Of a stretch of 32,000 nt of DNA, positions 25,833-32,000 are shown piece by piece. Both the position numbers and the translations under genes were made by a program. The notes under the pieces are model-generated. The model saw only the letters and a list, made by a program, of their open reading frames with translations, was not told where the DNA came from and ran no database searches. Origin of the DNA: Clostridia bacterium (GTDB taxonomy: Bacteria > Bacillota > Clostridia > TANB77 > RGIG9151); NCBI GenBank assembly GCA_017450465.1, contig JAFSUW010000021.1, positions 22,570 through 54,569 on the forward strand, read 5' to 3'. Position 1 is the stretch's first letter, and every line of letters starts with the position of its first letter.

Positions 25833-27713
25833 TTAATTTATAGTTTTAGAAATAGTAAGAATATTTTTACCATTTTCATATTTATACTCAACACTATCCA
25901 TTGTTTTCTTCGTAATAAAAATTCCAAGTCCGCCTATATCTCTTTCGCTTGCCGACAATGTGATATCAGGGTCCTGCTTTTCTAACGGATTAAACTGTAT
26001 ACCATAGTCTTCAAAAGTAAATACAAGCTTATCTAATCCATCATTTTGTATTGTTAATGTACAGTCCCCTTCTTTACCAACATAGGCATAACTTGCGATA
26101 TTTACAAATATTTCTTCAACAGCAAGTTCTATCTGGTTTAACGTTCTACTACTTATATCATATTTTTTTAGCTCCTCTCGTACAAATTCTTGAACAGCTG
26201 GGAGCTCATTTTCATCTGCTTTAAAAGTTTTTTGAGCCACACTTACTCTATCATCTTTTCTCTTTTTATAAAATAACTCAAGCATTGTAATATCATCAAA
26301 CTGTTCAGCTTCTCCTACAAAACTATCTATATCTTGCTTTAATTGTTTTAATGTATCTTCAACACTTAAAGATAAATGAGTATTTAAGAAGTTTTCTAAT
26401 CTTTGTTCACCATATAACATCTCATTTGTATCTGTTGCTTCAGTAACGCCATCAGTATATAAGAAAATTTTATCACCTGGTTCCATTTGTATTTCATTTA
26501 ACCTATACTTAATATCTTCCATACCAGCAAGAACTAAATTAGGTTTTGTTTTTAAGTACTCAAACTTACCCTTAGTACTAGAATACAATAATGGTGGATT
26601 ATGTCCTGCATTTGCAAATTCCAATTTTCCACTTCGTAAATCTAATATTCCAAACCAACATGTTACAAACATATCAATTTTATTACCCTCACAAAGCATA
26701 TTATTAACTCTTGTAAGTGCTTTATCTACTTTAGCATCAATCATAGTAACATTTTTAATAAGTATTTTTGAAATCATCATAACAAGTGAAGCAGGAACAC
26801 CTTTACCAGAAACATCAGCCATACAAATTGCTAAATGGTTTTCATCAACCAAAAACATATCATAAAAATCTCCACCAACCTCTTTAGCCGGCATCATTGA
26901 AGCATAAATATCAATCTCTTCATGTTCTGGAAAAGGTGGGAAAATTGATGGTAACATGCTTCTTTGAATTGCACTCGCAAGATTTAGTTCTGTTTCAATT
27001 CTTTTACCTTTTTCTGCAATTTCTTTTTGCTTTTCTACCATATTCTTACCAGACTGTGCAATTTGAGTACATGCAAAAGCAGCTATATTAAACAATAAAA
27101 ATTTTGGTAAGAAGAAATGTATGAATATATTTTTTAGTCTATTAGATTCATCTACAGGAACATTTGTAATAGCATCACGTAACGTACCATTTATTGTTAT
27201 TGTAGTACCCTCAGGGATAATTAAATTATAACTATTTATATCTTGTTGTCCAATATTAACAGACATAAATGTTGATATAATAAACAATATAGTTGTAAAA
27301 GCTGCAACCCAGACTGTAAATCTTTTGTTATAATATCTTGCTGACAAAATAATAGGTAAAATCATAACCAATGTAACATTATATTTTAACATTGAATCAG
27401 CCATAGCAAGCAAAATTGTAAAAGCAATAAACAAAACATGCTTAATCCACTTACCTTCACCTTTTTTTGCGTAACAAATGGTTACTGGGAGTGCCAAAAA
27501 CACTAAACATCTAATTACAATAGAGTTCATTATATTCATGCCGACCTTAAAGATACCAAAAAAAGTTAATACCCATGCTATAATACAAAACCAACAAACA
27601 TTAAGCATTGTAGCCGCTGTTACAATATTTGCATGTTTTTCGTTTTCTTTTAATAAATCTTCACTAACAAAAATACTCTTAAACTCATTAAACATTCTTT
27701 CTATATTACTCAT
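25833..27713 (-). CDS. Membrane-bound PP2C (SpoIIE/RsbU-type) phosphatase fused to an RsbW-like HATPase anti-sigma kinase domain
   Basis: About 8 N-terminal TM helices. PP2C motifs GGDFYD, ADVSGKGVPASL, GHNPP, LYTDGVTEA. The C-terminal HATPase_c-like region has EIFVNIASYAY and DIGGLGIFITKK. The ATG at 27713 is preceded by GGGGG. Confidence 0.85.
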   Translation of the reverse strand: MSNIERMFNEFKSIFVSEDLLKENEKHANIVTAATMLNVCWFCIIAWVLTFFGIFKVGMNIMNSIVIRCLVFLALPVTICYAKKGEGKWIKHVLFIAFTILLAMADSMLKYNVTLVMILPIILSARYYNKRFTVWVAAFTTILFIISTFMSVNIGQQDINSYNLIIPEGTTITINGTLRDAITNVPVDESNRLKNIFIHFFLPKFLLFNIAAFACTQIAQSGKNMVEKQKEIAEKGKRIETELNLASAIQRSMLPSIFPPFPEHEEIDIYASMMPAKEVGGDFYDMFLVDENHLAICMADVSGKGVPASLVMMISKILIKNVTMIDAKVDKALTRVNNMLCEGNKIDMFVTCWFGILDLRSGKLEFANAGHNPPLLYSSTKGKFEYLKTKPNLVLAGMEDIKYRLNEIQMEPGDKIFLYTDGVTEATDTNEMLYGEQRLENFLNTHLSLSVEDTLKQLKQDIDSFVGEAEQFDDITMLELFYKKRKDDRVSVAQKTFKADENELPAVQEFVREELKKYDISSRTLNQIELAVEEIFVNIASYAYVGKEGDCTLTIQNDGLDKLVFTFEDYGIQFNPLEKQDPDITLSASERDIGGLGIFITKKTMDSVEYKYENGKNILTISKTIN

Positions 27714-27755
27714 TTGCATCCCCCATTATCATAGAAAAACTAACTCACAAAAATT

Positions 27756-27782
27756 ATTATATCATAAAAAAATGAAGTTCAA
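27756..27782 (-). promoter_or_regulatory. Possible extended -10 promoter for the partner-switching operon
   Basis: Minus-sense TTGAAC (27782-27777), 15-nt spacer, TGATATAAT (27764-27756). The spacer is short, so support rests on the extended -10. Confidence 0.35.
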
Positions 27783-27799
27783 ACAATAAAGTTATTTGA

Positions 27800-27836
27800 T
27801 AAAAAAAACATTCCATTTTACATAAGTTGGAATGCT
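27800..27836 (-). terminator. Rho-independent terminator of pepD
   Basis: Minus-sense CATTCCAacttatgtaaaaTGGAATG followed by T8. Confidence 0.65.
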
Positions 27837-27883
27837 TTGCTGACTACAAGCCATTATTTATCTGATTTTTGTGATTACATAAA

Positions 27884-27914
27884 TGTGGTCAATTGCCCCC
27901 GTCCCTCTTGACAA
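27884..27914. repeat. Copy 2 of the conserved 31-nt element, abutting the pepD TAG stop
   Basis: TGTGGTCAATTGCCCCCGTCCCTCTTGACAA ends exactly one base before the stop codon (27915-27917). Minus-sense it forms hairpin UUGUCAA-[GAGGGACGGGGGCAA]-UUGACCA with a G-rich loop. Confidence 0.85.
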
Positions 27915-29357
27915 CTATTCTGCTAAAATTCCTTCAACTAAGTGCCAAACTTTCGGAATTGAATTTATATTCAATGTTTCATTAACGGTATGAGCACCTG
28001 CTATAACCGGGCCAACACTTATCATGTCTAACTCTGGCTTTAACGACTTAAATGTACCACATTCTACACCTGCATGAATTGCAACTACTTTTATCTCTTC
28101 ACCATTTTGATTTTTATAAACTTCTTTTGCAAGTTTAAGTAATTTGCTTCCTGAATCATATGCCCATGCGTCTGCCATTTTTGTTGCAGTAGCATCATAC
28201 GCACATTCATTTGCTAACTTAAGTTCGGCATCTACTATTTCTTTTTCCTTTGTGGCACTAGAACTTCTAATCATTGTTGTAAATGATAAACCTTCTTCAT
28301 TTAGCTTAAAAATACCAAGATTTGAAGAACTTTCTACCAATCCTTCCATATCTTTTGACCAAGTATATATACCATCAATTACATTAGTTATGAACTTAAC
28401 TACATTATTCTTTTCTTCTTTTGAGATTACTTGTGGTATCGTATCTACACTTGTTATTTCACACTTTATATCTTTTTCAATATCCCTATACTTCTCGTTT
28501 AGCATATCACAATAGTTAGATAATTTTTCTTCAATCTTTTCTTTATCGTAAGCATCAATTACCAAAGTAGCACTTGCCTTTGTTGGAATTGCATTACCTG
28601 CTGTTCCGCCTACTAAAGAAGCAAGTTCATACTTTATGCCATCGATATCTAACTCTTTTAAGAAGTTTGCAAGTCCAATAATGCCATTGAGTCGGCCTTT
28701 ATCTATTTCCATTCCAGAATGTCCGCCTTGTAAGTTTGAAAGCACTATCTTAATCGCCATATTACCTGTTGGAGAAACATATGAAAGCTTTTTATCTAAA
28801 TGCACAGAATCACCTGACGCAGTGCTTACCAATACTTCACTAGCCACTTCACTATCTATGTTTATTAAAAAAGATGCTCCATCAAGCCAAGATTTATCAA
28901 CATTAAATGCTCCTATCATGCCGTCTTCTTCACATACTGTTAAAATAACCTTAAGTGGGCCATGTGCCATCTTACCTTGTACAATCGCCATCGCCATTGC
29001 AATCCCTATACCATCATCAGCGCCAAGTGAAGTACCATCAGCAGTTAAAGTTCCTTCTTTTTCGTTAATTTTTACAGTAACTGTATCAGTTAATGGGTTA
29101 AATTCTTTGCCATCTTCTACTGCAAGCACCATATCCATGTGTGCTTGTATAATGCCAAGTGGCTTATCTTCCATACCCGCTGTTGCAGGAACTTCAAACA
29201 TAACATTATTAACCGAATCTTTAACTGGATTTAGTCCTTCATTCTTTGCCCATTCCATAAAAAAGTCACTAATCTTCTCTTCATGATGCGAAGGACGTGG
29301 CACTTTTGCAATAAGCATAAAGTTATTAATAATTAAAGATAATGTTTCTTTTGTCAT
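27915..29357 (-). CDS. pepD: Aminoacyl-histidine dipeptidase (M20 family, PepD)
   Basis: 480 aa. VPRPSHHEEKISDF N-terminus, HMDMV and GADDGIG metal-ligand motifs typical of PepD. AGGGAGA SD. Confidence 0.9.
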   Translation of the reverse strand: MTKETLSLIINNFMLIAKVPRPSHHEEKISDFFMEWAKNEGLNPVKDSVNNVMFEVPATAGMEDKPLGIIQAHMDMVLAVEDGKEFNPLTDTVTVKINEKEGTLTADGTSLGADDGIGIAMAMAIVQGKMAHGPLKVILTVCEEDGMIGAFNVDKSWLDGASFLINIDSEVASEVLVSTASGDSVHLDKKLSYVSPTGNMAIKIVLSNLQGGHSGMEIDKGRLNGIIGLANFLKELDIDGIKYELASLVGGTAGNAIPTKASATLVIDAYDKEKIEEKLSNYCDMLNEKYRDIEKDIKCEITSVDTIPQVISKEEKNNVVKFITNVIDGIYTWSKDMEGLVESSSNLGIFKLNEEGLSFTTMIRSSSATKEKEIVDAELKLANECAYDATATKMADAWAYDSGSKLLKLAKEVYKNQNGEEIKVVAIHAGVECGTFKSLKPELDMISVGPVIAGAHTVNETLNINSIPKVWHLVEGILAE

Positions 29358-29379
29358 ATGTACATCTCCCTTTATTTTT

Positions 29380-30024
29380 TTACTTTAAAAGCACACCTAA
29401 AAAGTACCTTTTCTTTTTCATATCTGCCCATTTTTTCTTCATGTAAATATACTTCTTCCCAGTTAGAAAAAACTTCTCAAAATCGTCTACATCAAAAAAT
29501 CTTTTATATCTACCATCTTCTGTCTCATATAAACGTGGTTCTATTTCTGGGCCTTTTCCTGCACCATGATTAACATCTCTTATAGAATTTACTCTAAATA
29601 AAAATATTCCATTGGGCTTTAGTACTCTTCTTATTTCTTTTAATGCCTTAAAAGTTTTTTCCTCCGTAAAATAATGTAATGACAAATCACTAATTATTAT
29701 ATCCGTAAAATTATCTTCAAAGGGCCATCTTTCAGTAATATCAAAACACTCCGTTCTTTTTACTTCTGGGAAATTATTATGAATATTTTTTATTATATTT
29801 TCACTTAAATCACAAGGAATAACTTCTTTTCCCTTTTCTATTAAATATAACGTATCGTTGCCACTACCACATCCAACATCAATAATAGGCGTTTTACATA
29901 GTTCTATCTTGTCAGCAAATAAATCTAACCAATCATCATACTTTATTTTTTCTCTTTCAACACCACCAAACTTTTTGCCCCAATAATCTGAAGTTATTGT
30001 TCTTATTGTTTCATCTTTATTCAT
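29380..30024 (-). CDS. Class I SAM-dependent methyltransferase
   Basis: IIDVGCGSGNDTLYL motif I, CDLS acidic loop, LKPNGIFLF motif. The ATG at 30024 is preceded by AGGAAGGTG. Confidence 0.85.
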   Translation of the reverse strand: MNKDETIRTITSDYWGKKFGGVEREKIKYDDWLDLFADKIELCKTPIIDVGCGSGNDTLYLIEKGKEVIPCDLSENIIKNIHNNFPEVKRTECFDITERWPFEDNFTDIIISDLSLHYFTEEKTFKALKEIRRVLKPNGIFLFRVNSIRDVNHGAGKGPEIEPRLYETEDGRYKRFFDVDDFEKFFLTGKKYIYMKKKWADMKKKRYFLGVLLK

Positions 30025-30048
30025 TTCCACACCTTCCTTTTATTACAT

Positions 30049-30277
30049 CTATTCATTTACACTTTTTATATCTTGAAGTTCAAATCTATATTTCTGCCCA
30101 TTTTTGTTTACTTCATCAAAAAACATATCATATGGCCTGCACCATAATTTGTTATCGCCATATAGTGCCCTGTATGCTACCATTTTTTTCCTGTTTTGCT
30201 ATGATAAATAATATCTCTACTATATATAAATCTCCTTTATAATGCTTATAAACACCATTAATTTTTAATTCTTGCAT
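30049..30277 (-). pseudogene. Frameshifted DUF1653-family gene
   Basis: ATG at 30277 (GAGGTG SD). Frame 1 reads MQELKINGVYKHYKGDLYIV... and stops after 42 codons. A second frame reads DIIYHSKTGKK. A third frame reads MVAYRALYGDNKLWCRPYDMFFDEVNKNGQKYRFELQDIKSVNE. Joined together, these match the DUF1653 pattern Y.HYKG.LY.V....HSET....V.Y.ALYG..W.RP..MF. One shift is at the A7 run (T7 at 30183-30189). Confidence 0.7.
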
Positions 30278-30340
30278 AGTTACACCTCAATCGTTCGTAT
30301 TATAACATATATTTAGGTGGCATACAAACTACATTTTAAA

Positions 30341-30398
30341 AGCAAAAGCAGTGAGTACTTTTGCGCTTTCGATGCGTACTCACTGTTTTTGCTTTTGC
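30341..30398 (-). terminator. Long-stem Rho-independent terminator of the 124-aa gene
   Basis: Minus-sense GCAAAAGCAAAAACAGTGAGTAC-N17-GTACTCACTGCTTTTGCTTTT followed by AAAAT. It begins 8 nt after the stop. Confidence 0.65.
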
Positions 30399-30405
30399 GG
30401 AAAAT

Positions 30406-30780
30406 TTAGTCTATGGGGAAATCGGCCCCGTACTTCTCACGGGCCAAAAAGACAGCAACCCGGAAGTCCTCGAGATAGTCCTTCCAGATTTTGTCTTGTT
30501 TCTGCAGATGGCTTTGCCAGTCTTTGATACTCATACCTCGCGGCATAGCCGTATCGTGGGGCTCCGCGTCGGAGAATTCCTTCTTAGTGCCATTCGGCAA
30601 GAAGCCGTAATATGCACCCTTGAAAGGATCAAACGCGATAAGACCGACATTTTCCACCGGTGCGTCTCGCTTTTCCATGAAGAGGGGTGTTGTGACGTAC
30701 AGGAGGTCTCCGTCCTCCGTCACTGCATAATCTCTTCCACCTTCTGAGTTCTTCAGGAAAAAGACTCTCTGCTTTCCCAT
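30406..30780 (-). CDS. Hypothetical 124-aa soluble protein, compositionally foreign
   Basis: GGAGGT SD 5 nt before the ATG. Sample lines are 43-58% GC against ~30% background. No TM segment, signal peptide or recognisable motif (MGKQRVFFLKNSEGGRDYAVTEDGDLLYV...). Confidence 0.75.
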   Translation of the reverse strand: MGKQRVFFLKNSEGGRDYAVTEDGDLLYVTTPLFMEKRDAPVENVGLIAFDPFKGAYYGFLPNGTKKEFSDAEPHDTAMPRGMSIKDWQSHLQKQDKIWKDYLEDFRVAVFLAREKYGADFPID

Positions 30781-30807
30781 TCTATACCTCCATGCTTAAA
30801 TTTACGA

Positions 30808-30890
30808 CAAAAAAAGAAATTTTTCCCTTTAAAACTGTTCTCCCTCTCTACGAGCGAGTACGTCTAAAAAGAAAAATTTCCTTTTTTGTG
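30808..30890 (-). promoter_or_regulatory. Imperfect ~25-bp inverted repeat in the 5' leader of the 124-aa gene
   Basis: ACAAAAAAAGAAATTTTTCCCTTTAAAA (30808-30834) is complementary, with about 4 mismatches, to CTAAAAAGAAAAATTTCCTTTTTTGTG (30864-30890). The pair encloses a purine-rich loop (minus-sense ...GUAGAGAGGGAGAACAG). Confidence 0.35.
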
Positions 30891-30910
30891 TATGTTGCAT
30901 TGGTAATTAA

Positions 30911-30939
30911 ATTATACCACGTTTTCGGCATTATGTAAA
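30911..30939 (-). promoter_or_regulatory. Near-consensus extended -10 sigma-A promoter for the 124-aa gene
   Basis: Minus-sense TTTACA (30939-30934), 17-nt spacer, TGGTATAAT (TATAAT at 30916-30911). It predicts a ~120-nt leader. Confidence 0.55.
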
Positions 30940-30947
30940 CCTAAAAA

Positions 30948-31361
30948 TTACATTACCATTAACAAAGTCCCTACACCAATAAAAGCACAACCAATTATAG
31001 ATTTTGGTGTAAACTGTTCATGTAAAAACACAAATGCAAGAATTAATGTAATAACAACACTTAATTTATCTATAGGTACAACTTTAGATACCTCACCCAT
31101 CTGTAGTGCCTTATAATAACAAAGCCATGATGCTCCAGTAGCAACACCAGATAATACTAAAAAAATCCAACTTTTTGTAGTAATTTCAACAATACCTTTT
31201 TGGGCATTTGTCAAAAATACCATACCCCATGACATTATTAATACAACTGCAGTTCTAATTGCAGTCGCAAGATTTGAATTCACTCCATTTATACCGATTT
31301 TGGCTAATATAGATGTTAACGCCGCAAATATTGACGATAGTAATGCAAATATCAACCACAT
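30948..31361 (-). CDS. Small single-domain EamA-like (DMT) membrane protein
   Basis: About 137 aa with 4-5 TM helices (MWLIFALLSSIFAALTSILAKIG...). The ATG at 31361 is preceded by AAGAGGTG. Confidence 0.7.
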   Translation of the reverse strand: MWLIFALLSSIFAALTSILAKIGINGVNSNLATAIRTAVVLIMSWGMVFLTNAQKGIVEITTKSWIFLVLSGVATGASWLCYYKALQMGEVSKVVPIDKLSVVITLILAFVFLHEQFTPKSIIGCAFIGVGTLLMVM

Positions 31362-31387
31362 AATAATCACCTCTTAACTTTATTCTT

Positions 31388-31792
31388 TTATCTTGTAAGC
31401 AGTCTTATTACACATTCATCACTTGTAATAGCAATCTCATAATTTTCATATTTTAAAACTTCTGTATCCCCGTCCTTCTTTATTTTCCATGCATATTTAC
31501 GCCAATCAGCTATTGATACCAAATTATTATCAATTGCTTCTTTAATTGATACATTCTTTGCATCAACAGACCTAAAATTTGTTTCATCTAGTTTTAATTG
31601 CTCAACATATACTAAATGGTTATCAAGTTCTCCTACATATTCTTTAGGACTATTTTTATCAATTGTAATAACTAAAAAATGACTAATACCATTCGAATTA
31701 TACTGTTCAGTAAACAACCATGTAACAATGCCAGTTCCTCCTACCATTATTACTATACTTAAAGTTAATATAGCGATTATTATTTTATTCAC
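31388..31792 (-). CDS. Membrane-anchored hypothetical protein
   Basis: 134 aa with an N-terminal TM helix (IIIAILTLSIVIMVGGTGIVTWLF). The GTG start overlaps the stop of the upstream gene (GTGA). Confidence 0.6.
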   Translation of the reverse strand: MNKIIIAILTLSIVIMVGGTGIVTWLFTEQYNSNGISHFLVITIDKNSPKEYVGELDNHLVYVEQLKLDETNFRSVDAKNVSIKEAIDNNLVSIADWRKYAWKIKKDGDTEVLKYENYEIAITSDECVIRLLTR

Positions 31793-32000
31793 ACAATATC
31801 ACTCCCTACTAGATTGATATTTTCTTCTACATTCAATATATTTATATGCCGTTTTTTCAATAATACACTATATGCAATCAACGAAACAACAGAATCAAAT
31901 GCATTTCCTATACCAAACAATAATGCAATTCCTATTAAAGATGGTTGCCATACTCCATTTGAATAAAGGATAAATGCAATACCATAATAAATAGAATTTG
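31789..32000 (-). CDS. C-terminal fragment of a membrane protein (gene starts beyond window end)
   Basis: An open minus-strand frame from the window edge reads ...NSIYYGIAFILYSNGVWQPSLIGIALLFGIGNAFDSVVSLIAYSVLLKKRHINILNVEENINLVGSDIV*. Its stop (TGA) is coupled to the next gene's start. Confidence 0.45.
   Translation of the reverse strand, partial: NSIYYGIAFILYSNGVWQPSLIGIALLFGIGNAFDSVVSLIAYSVLLKKRHINILNVEENINLVGSDIV

Noticed and set aside
14345-27914. The two 31-nt direct repeats read as attL/attR of a 13.5-kb integrated element
   Set aside because: The interval contains core genes (cysE, ispDEF, mntP and others) with host composition and no integrase or mobility genes. A dispersed 3'-UTR element is more plausible.
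30829-30900. A 23-codon upstream ORF (MQHTQKRKFFFLDVLARREGEQF) in the leader of the 124-aa gene
   Set aside because: It has no SD. The ATG would sit only ~4 nt from the predicted transcription start, so it could only work as a leaderless ORF. The evidence is insufficient to call it.
1-32000. CRISPR arrays, tandem repeat arrays, rRNA or tRNA genes, IS elements, and prophage or integrase genes
   Set aside because: On visual inspection of the intergenic regions I saw no regularly spaced direct repeats, no conserved rRNA or tRNA sequence blocks, and no transposase, integrase or recombinase motifs in any ORF. This is not a substitute for tRNAscan, Infernal or ISfinder runs.

Overview
This is an AT-rich chromosomal segment that looks like a low-GC Firmicutes/Clostridia genome; hand-counted 60-nt sample lines give about 28-32% GC. 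All family assignments come from motif recognition by eye, because no database search was possible.

Almost every credible gene is on the minus strand, and most are housekeeping:
- an atpB N-terminal fragment, a UDG-superfamily (deoxyinosine glycosylase-like) gene, dxr and nadE
- an LtaS-family sulfatase and a monofunctional GT51 peptidoglycan glycosyltransferase
- a GNAT-adhE-(APH-fold kinase) operon and two class I SAM methyltransferases
- cysE, ispD, ispE and ispF
- DMT/EamA transporters, mntP, a GT39 glycosyltransferase and pepD

I recognised no rRNA, tRNA, CRISPR array, transposase, integrase or reverse transcriptase.

Seven things stand out:
1. A self-contained metallophosphoesterase cassette (22.2-23.6 kb) with clearly higher GC. 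It is the only plus-strand gene and has its own promoter, SD and terminator.
2. A second single-gene cassette of about 50% GC encoding an unknown 124-aa protein (30.3-30.9 kb), with a near-consensus promoter and a long structured leader.
3. An orphan 367-aa prepilin-like gene with a lectin-like C-terminus (5.4-6.5 kb), bracketed by two ~110-bp GC-rich palindromic modules and flanked by TGTAGGGGCGG-type boxes.
4. Upstream of that gene, a sigma-D-type promoter, a 16-codon micro-ORF containing a G9 run, and a strong intrinsic terminator.
5. A 31-nt element found twice, each time abutting a TAG stop codon in the same frame.
6. A partner-switching operon with no sigma factor: a PP2C-RsbW fusion, a STAS-kinase fusion, a STAS protein and a membrane protein.
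7. A half-size ABC-F ATPase preceded by a leader peptide and alternative hairpins.
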